From assembly GCA_038240605.1 (NCBI GenBank), contig JBBSDP010000011.1, forward strand, positions 75,182 through 107,181: 32,000 nucleotides of DNA. Direction: 5' to 3'. The stretch is from Tepidisphaerales bacterium. GTDB lineage: Bacteria > Planctomycetota > Phycisphaerae > Tepidisphaerales > Tepidisphaeraceae. How positions within the stretch are numbered: the stretch's first letter is position 1; each line of letters begins with the position of its first letter. The notes beneath the pieces are model-generated. The model was not told the DNA's origin. It made no database searches and was given only the letters and a program-made list of their open reading frames with translations. Shown one piece after another: positions 19,132 to 27,063 of this stretch. The translations under genes were made by a program, and so were the position numbers.

Positions 19132-19291
19132 GCTCTTTGGTACGGCAAGTCGGCTGATCCGTGGTCGTCGTTCAATCGCTACAAGAGCCGCGGGCAGCGA
19201 GGAATCGGCCACAATTCGTCGCAACCTTTATGAAAATCACACAAGACGATGCGCTGTCGCTCACACGATTCGTAATGATTCCACACAAAAT

Positions 19292-20119
19292 ATGGACTCT
19301 CAGACCATCCAGCGGCAATACGACGACGTCATCGCGGCCCATTACGATCTCGATCCCCAGTCGGTGAACGACCGGGCACTCGACGGCGCGATTCATCAGA
19401 TCCGCAAGCACCACCTCTTCGAGGAAGGAGGCGGGTCGCTCAAGGTCCTCGATGTCGGCGTCGGCACCGGCAAGCTGCTCGCCCGGCTTAAGGAGCTCGG
19501 CGGACATCGCGTCAGCCCGTTTGGCCTCGACTTCTCCGAGAAAATGGTCGAGACGGCCTGCCGCAAGGTCCCGGACCTGGTCGCGGAAGTCGATGACGCC
19601 GCCAACCTCGCCGCGCATTTCACGGCCGAGTCGTTCGACGTCATCTGCACGCACTTCATCACCGGCTACGTCCCGATGGCCACGCTGGCGCCGCAGATTC
19701 ACAGGCGCCTTGCCAAAGGGGGTCACTGGTCGTTTGTCGGCGGCACGCAGGCGGGCTTCCCCGCGCTGCGGGCGACCGCCAATCGAAGGCTTGTGCGCCT
19801 GGCGTTCGGCCGCGGCCGCAAGCTCGCCCCCGAACCGATGACCTGCAATCCCAACGACCGCGCCGAAGTAGTCAAGACGCTCGAGGCCAACGGCTTTGCG
19901 GTACGCGCCGCCGAAACGTTTGAGCCCGGCCTGCTCTTCAGCAACTTCGAGGAATTCATGAGTTTCGGCTATCGCGGCGGATGGCTCACGCCCTTCATCG
20001 AAACGCTGGGCCTGCACAAGGCCGGCCCGATCACGCGGATGCTGCTGGACACGATGGTCTTCCCGATCGAAGACCACCACAGCATCGAAATTGTCCTCGC
20101 GCAAAAGGTGAATGACTGA
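19292..20119 (+). CDS. Class I SAM-dependent methyltransferase
   Basis: MDSQTIQRQYDDVIAAHYDLDPQSVNDRALDGAI...KVLDVGVGTGKLLARLKELGGHRVSPFGLDFSEKMVETACRKVPDL. Confidence 0.88.
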   Translation: MDSQTIQRQYDDVIAAHYDLDPQSVNDRALDGAIHQIRKHHLFEEGGGSLKVLDVGVGTGKLLARLKELGGHRVSPFGLDFSEKMVETACRKVPDLVAEVDDAANLAAHFTAESFDVICTHFITGYVPMATLAPQIHRRLAKGGHWSFVGGTQAGFPALRATANRRLVRLAFGRGRKLAPEPMTCNPNDRAEVVKTLEANGFAVRAAETFEPGLLFSNFEEFMSFGYRGGWLTPFIETLGLHKAGPITRMLLDTMVFPIEDHHSIEIVLAQKVND

Positions 20120-20122
20120 CGA

Positions 20123-20150
20123 GCCCGCACGCGCATGTGCGCGAGCGGGC
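20123..20150. repeat. Intergenic GC-rich hairpin
   Basis: GCCCGC-A-CGCGCA-TG-TGCGCG-A-GCGGGC: 12 paired positions with one symmetric A/A mismatch, between the methyltransferase stop and the glycosyltransferase start. No U-tract. Confidence 0.6.
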
Positions 20151-20182
20151 CATGGACGGCGCAGTTACCACGGAGGTGTTCG

Positions 20183-21475
20183 ATGCGCATCGCCATCATC
20201 TCAGAAGTCTTCCTCCCCAAGATCGACGGCGTCGTCAACCGCACGCTGAACCTCGTGCGCCAGCTCCCGCGCCACGGCGATGAACTGCTGGTCGTCTGCC
20301 CGCGCGCGCCCGGCTGCAAAGACTCGCCCGCCCGCGTCGTTGATGTTCCCAGTTTTCCCTTTCCTCCCTATCCGGAGTACCGCATCGGCCTGCCCGGCGA
20401 GGAACTCGTCGAGACGATTCGATCCTTCGCCCCCGACGTGATCCATTACGTCAACCCGTTCGCGTTCGGGTTCCGCTGCCACGATGTGCTGCATCAGGCC
20501 GGCATCGAAGCCCCGACCGTCTTCTCCTTCCACACGCTCTACGGGGAATTCGTCAAGCAATACCGCGTCATGCGCCCCCTCTCGGCGCTCCTCTGGTGGC
20601 TGACGCGCGAGTACCACAATCGGGCTCACCAGAACCTGACCGTCTCCCCGATCATGCGCCAGGAATTGATCGAACGCGACTTCCAGCGCGTCGAGCTGTG
20701 GCCCCCGGCGGTTGACACCGAACGCTTTCACCCCGGCCGGCGCTCTGTCGAAATGCGCGCCCGCCTCACCGGCGGACGCCCCGAGCGCCCGCTGCTCCTC
20801 ACCGTCAGCCGTCTCGCGCCCGAGAAGAACGTCGCCTTCTTGGCAGATGTCCTGCGCGCCATGCCCGACGTCACGCTCGCGATCGTCGGCGATGGTCCCG
20901 GCCGCGCGGATCTGGAACGACGATTTGAAGGAACCGATACTCGCTTCATCGGCTATCTCGCCGGGGATGAACTGGCCACGGCTTACGCCTCCGCCGACGC
21001 GTTCGTCTACGCTTCCGAAACTGAAACGATGGGAAACGTCGTCCTCGAAGCGATGGCCTCCGGCGCGGCGGTCATCGCGCCACGGGCCGGCGGGATCCCC
21101 AACCTCTTCACTCACCAGGAAAGCGGCTTTCTCTACGAGCCGCGCAACCTGGCGGAAGCCGTCAGTTTCACGACCGGCGTCCTTCGCGATTCCACCCTGC
21201 GCGAACAAATCGGCGCCGCGGCACGCGAGGCGGTCGAAGGGCGCAACTGGGTGGAATCGATCGAGCGCGTTCGCGGGGTGTACGTGCAGGCGATTGAACA
21301 GAGCCTTTGTCCTGCCCCGGCCCCCACCTGGCGCGAACCGGTTTCGCGCGCGGTCATGCTGGGTCTGGTCTCGATATTCCGCGCGATCTCGTACCTCGCG
21401 GGCCCCAAGAGCCCCACGCCGGCGGCCGCAGCCGTGTTCGCGCCCAAGGAAGCCACCGAGCCGTCGCTCGTCTGA
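20183..21475 (+). CDS. Glycosyltransferase family 4 (SQD2/MgtA-like)
   Basis: IAIISEVFLPKIDGVVNRTLNLVRQLPRHGDELLVVCP, ELWPPAVDTERFHPGRRSVEMRARL, LLLTVSRLAPEKNVAFLADVLRAMP, ASETETMGNVVLEAMASGAAVIAPRAGGIPNL. Confidence 0.9.
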   Translation: MRIAIISEVFLPKIDGVVNRTLNLVRQLPRHGDELLVVCPRAPGCKDSPARVVDVPSFPFPPYPEYRIGLPGEELVETIRSFAPDVIHYVNPFAFGFRCHDVLHQAGIEAPTVFSFHTLYGEFVKQYRVMRPLSALLWWLTREYHNRAHQNLTVSPIMRQELIERDFQRVELWPPAVDTERFHPGRRSVEMRARLTGGRPERPLLLTVSRLAPEKNVAFLADVLRAMPDVTLAIVGDGPGRADLERRFEGTDTRFIGYLAGDELATAYASADAFVYASETETMGNVVLEAMASGAAVIAPRAGGIPNLFTHQESGFLYEPRNLAEAVSFTTGVLRDSTLREQIGAAAREAVEGRNWVESIERVRGVYVQAIEQSLCPAPAPTWREPVSRAVMLGLVSIFRAISYLAGPKSPTPAAAAVFAPKEATEPSLV

Positions 21476-22000
21476 TCAGTGCGATGTCGATCGCGCCCAG
21501 CTTTTCCGATCGAACATCAGGAAGTTCATGATCATCGGCACTTCCAGGAACAGCAGGATCACGAACCGAGCCATCCCCTTCGTGTACTTGCGGTTGAATT
21601 CCGCCATGTCATGTTCGATGTGGAACTTCTTGTGGCTCCAATTCTGAAGCTGGTAGGCCACCGGGATCATGATCGCGTACGCCCAGATCGGCAGCGTCGG
21701 GATTTCCAGCACCGCCGACACGAGGAGACCCACCAGCCCCGCCGTCACCACCAGAACGCGGAACGGCAGGCAGATCGATAGCGACAGCAGGTATGCGATC
21801 CCCAGTCCGACCGGCGCCCAGGGGCTGCCCGTGAGCCGCAAGACGATCCCGTAGACCGCGTACCAGATGATGAACAGCGCCGCCAGGTGCAGCACGTTAA
21901 TCCCCAGTTGCGAGTGCCGGCACAGGTGCCGCGCATACAACTCGCGGAAATCAACACGCAGCAGGCTGAACGGCTGCGACGGGATTGCCTGAACTTCCAT
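21476..22000 (-). CDS. Small integral membrane protein of unknown function (weak Mpo1/DUF962-like flavour)
   Basis: MEVQAIPSQPFSLLRVDFRELYARHLCRHSQLGINVLHLAALFIIWYAVYG..., multiple TM segments. His-containing segments HLCRHSQLGINVLH and QLQNWSHKKFHIEH. Overlaps the upstream gene by 50 nt in the same operon direction. Confidence 0.7.
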   Translation of the reverse strand: MEVQAIPSQPFSLLRVDFRELYARHLCRHSQLGINVLHLAALFIIWYAVYGIVLRLTGSPWAPVGLGIAYLLSLSICLPFRVLVVTAGLVGLLVSAVLEIPTLPIWAYAIMIPVAYQLQNWSHKKFHIEHDMAEFNRKYTKGMARFVILLFLEVPMIMNFLMFDRKSWARSTSH

Positions 22001-24131
22001 AGGAGGACCTCCCAAAGAACGCGGACCTGACCACCCGGAAGGCCGCGGCGGCCAGCAACAAAACGAACGGCCGGTTCAACACATCAACGATTGTCGCGCA
22101 CGCCTCGCGAATCACCGCCGGATCGCTCGATAGCGACGGCGTGATCTTCAACACGTTCGGCTCGTACTGACAAAACCCCGCGAGCACCGGCATCCCGCGT
22201 GAATGTCGCAACATCCCCAGCACGTAAAACAGATAGAGCCGATTGCGAAGCCAGCGCTGCGGCCAGCGCCGCGCATCCAGCTCGATCCCGATCAGCAGCC
22301 CAAACACCCGCACCGCGCGCACGGCCCGGTTCGATCCTACTCCCGCTTTCAATAGCCGCTCAACCAGCTCCCCCGACTCGGCGACGCGCGCCTCCAGGCC
22401 CAGCGCCGCCGCTCGCGACAGCACGTTCAGCACCGTCTTGTACCCGTATTCATACCCATAGCGCGCCTGGAACTGCGCGGGGAGATCCGAGCCCGCCCGC
22501 GCGAGCTGTGCCGCCAGGCCCGCCGAATACATCACCAGCGCGAACGGGAACATCATGTCCGAGACGCCCTTGCCGACGACCAGCAGGTCCGGCGAGATCC
22601 CCATCGCCACCGACCGCGCGAACGGGCCGGTGCGATACATCCCCGTCTGCACTTCGTCCACCAGCAGCAGGTATCCCCAGCGCGCTCGCCCCGCCGCCAG
22701 GTGCCGCGCCACCGCCTCCGGCACCGCCCGCACGCCCCCCACGCCCTGCACCAGCTCGAGCTGAACCACCGCCACGGGCGCCTCCGCCAGCAATCGATCG
22801 ATCCGCGCCAGGGCGTCCGGCGCGAACGGGTCGACGTAGACAACGTCGTCATACAGCGGCGCGATGTGCTGCTTGTACGACGGCTTGGCCGTTCCGGTCA
22901 GTGCGAACAGCGTCTTGCCGCCGAACCCCGATGCCAGAGCCAGCACGCGCCGTCGTGGCGATTGCGCCACCAGCGCCATCTTCAGCGCGTTCTCCACCGC
23001 CGTCGCGCCGCTGACGGCGGGTACGCAATGCTCCAGCCCGCTCAACTCCCGCAGCCGTGCCGTGACCTGCTCTACGACCTCGCCCCCGTTCCCCAGCGAC
23101 TCGATCTCGCGCGCATATCCCGGCGGGTTGTGGCCGCGCACACTGCACGCAACACCGCTGACGCCGTCGTACACGCGCCGGCCCCCCTCGGCGAACACGA
23201 AATCCCCCGCCGCCCGCACCTCCGCCTTCTCAAATCCCGACGCCCGAATGGCCTTAAAGAGCGACGCGCTATAGAGCCGTCGGAAGAGCGCCGCGCGATA
23301 TGGCAGATCGGTTTCGATCGCCCTCAGATTCTGCTCGACCGATTCGAAAAACGCCGGATCATTCGACGAAAGACACGACATGAAGTGCAGTGAGCAAATC
23401 GTGTTCGGCTGATACGTCGTGGAGTGAAACGTCGTCTTACCCTTGCGGTTCCAGTGCTCGTACAACTCCCGGCGCGCCGCGAACGCGCCGAAGGCGAGGT
23501 CTCGGTTCGCGAACGAATCATCGAAGACGACGATGTCGGGCGACACCTTCGTCACCGCCCCGCCGCGACCGTCGCGAATGGCCGCAAGACTTTGCCTCGA
23601 GACGGCGGTGATCCATAGCGGCCGCCTTCCCGTCGACCCCGGTTGAAACAAGGATTGGATCTCCTCCGCCGCCGACTCAAAATCACCCACGGACTTTTCG
23701 CCCACGATCAGCGCTATGAACCCAAACTCAGCATCCTTCGGCGCGGCCGCGGCGACCGACTCCACTACCGTCAGCCCCGGCAGAAATTCGATCAGCTCCC
23801 CGTTCGCGCCAGGCGCCGAGGCGAACGGACCGAGGCGGCTCTCAGGGTCGATGATCAACCCGTGGGTCGAGCGCCCTTCGACGTCAGCGGCATATCGCGC
23901 TAGCTTGATCGCGCCGCCCAGCGCTTCGTCGAAGCCGTTGGCCAGATAGGTCTGAAATTCGTGCGGCCCGCCGTCGCTCCCGCGCTCCTCCCACGTCATC
24001 TGCGCGTATTGCTCCAGGCAGTAACAGACCTGCGTGACGTGCGGGTTGACGTAGAGCCGGAACAGGTTCGGCATCTGCTCCCGGATCATCCGGGCGAAGG
24101 TCTCATTGATGGTGGGCGACGACGGCGTCAT
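21951..24131 (-). CDS. Class-III-aminotransferase-like protein with tandem domains (degenerate N-terminal copy + intact C-terminal copy)
   Basis: C-terminal copy: AVSGATAVENALKMALVAQ, YLLLVDEVQTGMYRTGPF, ISPDLLVVGKGVSDMMFPFALV (K521, codon 22569-22571). N-terminal copy: YLANGFDEALGGAIKLARYA ... VSPDIVVFDDSFANRDLAFGAF ... FHSTTYQPNTICSLHFMSCL. Confidence 0.85.
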   Translation of the reverse strand: MTPSSPTINETFARMIREQMPNLFRLYVNPHVTQVCYCLEQYAQMTWEERGSDGGPHEFQTYLANGFDEALGGAIKLARYAADVEGRSTHGLIIDPESRLGPFASAPGANGELIEFLPGLTVVESVAAAAPKDAEFGFIALIVGEKSVGDFESAAEEIQSLFQPGSTGRRPLWITAVSRQSLAAIRDGRGGAVTKVSPDIVVFDDSFANRDLAFGAFAARRELYEHWNRKGKTTFHSTTYQPNTICSLHFMSCLSSNDPAFFESVEQNLRAIETDLPYRAALFRRLYSASLFKAIRASGFEKAEVRAAGDFVFAEGGRRVYDGVSGVACSVRGHNPPGYAREIESLGNGGEVVEQVTARLRELSGLEHCVPAVSGATAVENALKMALVAQSPRRRVLALASGFGGKTLFALTGTAKPSYKQHIAPLYDDVVYVDPFAPDALARIDRLLAEAPVAVVQLELVQGVGGVRAVPEAVARHLAAGRARWGYLLLVDEVQTGMYRTGPFARSVAMGISPDLLVVGKGVSDMMFPFALVMYSAGLAAQLARAGSDLPAQFQARYGYEYGYKTVLNVLSRAAALGLEARVAESGELVERLLKAGVGSNRAVRAVRVFGLLIGIELDARRWPQRWLRNRLYLFYVLGMLRHSRGMPVLAGFCQYEPNVLKITPSLSSDPAVIREACATIVDVLNRPFVLLLAAAAFRVVRSAFFGRSSYGSSGNPVAAVQPAAC

Positions 24132-24137
24132 ACGTTC

Positions 24138-26177
24138 TCACATGCTCTGCTTGCCCGGGTTGGCGCGAATGACCGCAAACGTTCGCTTCAAATAACCCTC
24201 CACCGCTCCCCGGTTCTTGCGTACCGTGAACATGTCGCACGACACGCAGTCGCTGTCGCGAAACTCCGAATGCGGCAGCCCATCCCGGCGGATGTACCGA
24301 AGCTGAATCTTTCGCACGGGCAGCGATCGGTGGTCCTTCCAGAACTGGAGGAACTCATCGGGCGTGAAGAACAGCTCCACGTGCCACGCCAGCCGTCGCG
24401 TCAATGTGTGCATGAGCCAGGCCGTTACCCGGTTTTCCTCCAGCCGGTCCCAGAGCCGGCCGAGGCTGTCGCGCGGCACTTCCAGCACCGGAGAACTCGC
24501 GTCGCCGGCATCGTTGTAATACTGATAGAGCGTCGCCGCACTGCCCGATGCATTGGCCTTGCGCACCTCCACGTTCGCCGCCCGCTCATCGCGCAGCGCA
24601 TCGAGCAACAACGGGCCGTCCGGATCCTCCAGCGTCTGTTCGCGCACGTAGTAGCGCGACGCCGGCTTCACCCGCATGCGCAGACGCAACAGCAGCACGT
24701 CGCTCGAGAGGTTGTAAACGTGCTCGCGGAATTCAGGCGCCTCACGCCGAGCGGCGATGATCCGGTCGGCGTGCGGGTCGTAGAAGACCGCCCGGGTGAA
24801 CGTGTCGGCGACGCAGGAATAATCCGCCGCCGATCCGTGAATGGGGACGAAGAAAGCGGTGCCGAGCGTGACGTACGAATAATTCGGGATGACGTACAGG
24901 TCCTGCCGATCGGGTGCATGACAGTTTCGGCGGCGAACCTCCTCCCCCCTCTCCCAGTACTCTGGGAGAGGGTTGGGGTGAGGGCAGTTCCCTCGGAGGC
25001 CGGGGCGAAAACCCTCACCCCCGCCCTCTCCCGGCGTACCGGGAGAGGGAGAATCAATTTGGGGCACCGAATCTGTCACGCGCTCCTGCCGATCCGCGGA
25101 GAGGAAGTCGCGCGCCCGGCGGATCGTCGTCCCGCAATCCGCTCCCACCAGATCAGGGGCATAGCGCCGGATGCGATTCAGTTTCACGGTGGAGACGATC
25201 GTCCGTCCCGGATACCGATGCCCGAAATGGTTGACCCCATTGTTGTATCCGACCACTTTCACGTACGGCACGTTGTACGGGTTATAGAGCGCGAGCAATT
25301 CGCCGAACGATGCGGGCCGCAAAGTGCCCACGTTCCAGCTTCGCAGCAATGCGTTCTTGCGCGCCATTCGTTCCAGGACGAACGCCGCCAGCAGGCCAAC
25401 GCCGGTCAGCGCCAGCGCAGCGCAGACGATTTGCAGCAACAGGTGGAAAAACGTGGCGGGCGGGTGTTCCGCCAGCCGTTCCCGCCACGCCCGATTTTCC
25501 CCCAGCATGACCAGGCACCGCACGCGCCGCCGAGAACCCGATGCGGGCGATTGCGTTTCGCCGTCGGCCCACGGCCGACGGATCTCCCGATCGATCGCCG
25601 CAAAAAGTTCCGACCCCTCCAGGCAGCACCCGCGCAATCGACGCGAGACCAGCGGATACAGGAAGCCGAGCCTGCGAAGCGATGCCGTCGTTCGCGATTC
25701 GGGACTGAGCACGCACCCGGTCTCGAAGAGGACGATCGGCATCGTCGTGGCGTCGTCCGTTCCACCCTGAACGTCGCCCAGCATCTGTAGGACGTCGCTA
25801 ATCCCGCTGCCGAACCGGTATTCTGTGACGACAATCACTCGCCGCGCCGCAAGTCGCTGGGCCGTCCCGATCCAGCGCTGCGCCACGGCCGCAACCTCTG
25901 GCGAAAACGTCGGCGGCAGGAACAGCACCAGCGATGCAATCTGTCCCTGCATTGTCGGCGATGACTGTGGCGACCCGCGCGAGTCATCGATGAACCGCAC
26001 CGCGCCCCCTCCATCGCGCGCCGTGGCCGCCTTTGCTACCGAGTGGATGGAGTAGTCCGAGGCCACCCCGTCCCCCAGCCCCACGACCAGCACCGCTTCC
26101 GCGGCGTCGGTCGCTCCAGCGCGGCCTGCTTCCACGGCTGTCGTTTCAGGCGCCGTAAGTAAAGAGAGGCTGGCCAT
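24138..26177 (-). CDS. FAD-binding (PCMH-type) oxidoreductase-like protein with N-terminal NAD-dependent-epimerase/Rossmann-like domain and a TM segment
   Basis: N-term: QIASLVLFLPPTFSPEVAAVAQRWIGTAQRLAARRVIVVTEYRFG. TM-like: FFHLLLQIVCAALALTGVGLLAAFV. C-term FAD-binding-like: LRPASFGELLALYNPYNVPYVKVVGYNNGVNHFGHRYPGRTIVSTVKLNRI, VIPNYSYVTLGTAFFVPIHGSAADYS. Confidence 0.65.
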   Translation of the reverse strand: MASLSLLTAPETTAVEAGRAGATDAAEAVLVVGLGDGVASDYSIHSVAKAATARDGGGAVRFIDDSRGSPQSSPTMQGQIASLVLFLPPTFSPEVAAVAQRWIGTAQRLAARRVIVVTEYRFGSGISDVLQMLGDVQGGTDDATTMPIVLFETGCVLSPESRTTASLRRLGFLYPLVSRRLRGCCLEGSELFAAIDREIRRPWADGETQSPASGSRRRVRCLVMLGENRAWRERLAEHPPATFFHLLLQIVCAALALTGVGLLAAFVLERMARKNALLRSWNVGTLRPASFGELLALYNPYNVPYVKVVGYNNGVNHFGHRYPGRTIVSTVKLNRIRRYAPDLVGADCGTTIRRARDFLSADRQERVTDSVPQIDSPSPGTPGEGGGEGFRPGLRGNCPHPNPLPEYWERGEEVRRRNCHAPDRQDLYVIPNYSYVTLGTAFFVPIHGSAADYSCVADTFTRAVFYDPHADRIIAARREAPEFREHVYNLSSDVLLLRLRMRVKPASRYYVREQTLEDPDGPLLLDALRDERAANVEVRKANASGSAATLYQYYNDAGDASSPVLEVPRDSLGRLWDRLEENRVTAWLMHTLTRRLAWHVELFFTPDEFLQFWKDHRSLPVRKIQLRYIRRDGLPHSEFRDSDCVSCDMFTVRKNRGAVEGYLKRTFAVIRANPGKQSM
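24901..25094. mobile_element. MITE-like palindromic element inserted in frame in the FAD-fusion gene (range includes both flanking direct repeats)
   Basis: Direct repeats TCCTGCCGATC at 24901-24911 and 25084-25094. TIR-like TGACAGTTTCGG (24919-24930) versus CCGAATCTGTCA (25067-25078), 11/12 complementary. Nested hairpins 24947-24972 and 25024-25049. Inner pair GGGGTGAGGG (24975-24984) / CCCTCACCCC (25012-25021). Confidence 0.8.
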
Positions 26178-27036
26178 ATTTCACCTTCTCGTTGGGCGAC
26201 ACTTCATCCGTGATGTCGTCGGCCGGCGGGGTGATCAGCACCACCGTCGAACCCAGCTCGAACGTCCCCACCCACTGCCCGCGCTCCACCGACACCGGCG
26301 GCGAAAAAACCTCCGCCGCCGCCACGCGCTTCTTCGGCCGGAAGTGCGGCGCCAGCGGAAGCCGGATGTTCCCCACGCCCCACCCCGCCACCATCACCAG
26401 CAGGCACGGGCCCAGCCGGGTCGAGAATCGCAGGATCATCCGCTCGTTGAGCGTGTAGACCGGATAGGCCGACGTCTGGAACGGCGGGTGCACCAGCAGC
26501 CGTGCGCCGGGAACATGAATCGCTTTCTCCAGCAACCCGTCCTGCGGACTGAAGACGCGATGACAGTCGATCGGCGACAGAAACACGATCGCGAACCGCC
26601 CCTGCTCGAAGGGGCGCGGATCCGTCCGCGGCAAGAGCGATTCCAGGCTGTACTCGATCCCCTTGAGTGTCAGCAGCCGTCCCTGCTCCACCCGCCCCAC
26701 ATCCTGCACCGTCCCGTCCGATGGACACAGAAACTGGCGAGTTCCCTGCGGGATCGGACGGAACTGCGGCTTGATCCCGCGCGTGAAGAGCGCATTCAGC
26801 GACGGATACTCGGCCAGCGGCTTCTCCGCTTCCCCTTCGTTCAACCCCGGCGGATATTTTTTCGTGAAGATGCCCCGGTAGAGCGAAGGCCGCAGCCGGC
26901 GCGCGGGAATGCGCAGGCGCGAGAGGCGGATCCCCAGCGCCGCCACCAGCAGCTTGGGGAGGCTGCCATGGATCTGCTTCGCCTGGCGGAACTGCTCCCG
27001 CCGGATCCGCCGCGAATTTCGTTTCACCTTGATCAT
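26146..27036 (-). CDS. Phosphatidylserine decarboxylase family protein
   Basis: AEYPSLNALFTRGIKPQFRPI, CPSDGTVQDVGRVEQG, FLSPIDCHRVFSPQDG, and the autocatalytic LGST motif in WVGTFELGSTVVLITP. Confidence 0.93.
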   Translation of the reverse strand: MIKVKRNSRRIRREQFRQAKQIHGSLPKLLVAALGIRLSRLRIPARRLRPSLYRGIFTKKYPPGLNEGEAEKPLAEYPSLNALFTRGIKPQFRPIPQGTRQFLCPSDGTVQDVGRVEQGRLLTLKGIEYSLESLLPRTDPRPFEQGRFAIVFLSPIDCHRVFSPQDGLLEKAIHVPGARLLVHPPFQTSAYPVYTLNERMILRFSTRLGPCLLVMVAGWGVGNIRLPLAPHFRPKKRVAAAEVFSPPVSVERGQWVGTFELGSTVVLITPPADDITDEVSPNEKVKYGQPLFTYGA

Positions 27037-27063
27037 GAGCGGAATTGGATGCAGGTTCGAGAA

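Noticed and set aside
16882-19233. 783-aa plus-strand ORF
   Set aside because: Antisense to the GH2 gene, whose frame has signal peptide and family motifs; this ORF has an Arg/His-rich shadow composition.
23961-25790. 609-aa plus-strand ORF opposite the FAD-fusion gene
   Set aside because: Antisense; the minus strand has TM, FAD-like motifs and operon context. Its TPALSRR-type segments come from the palindromic insertion.
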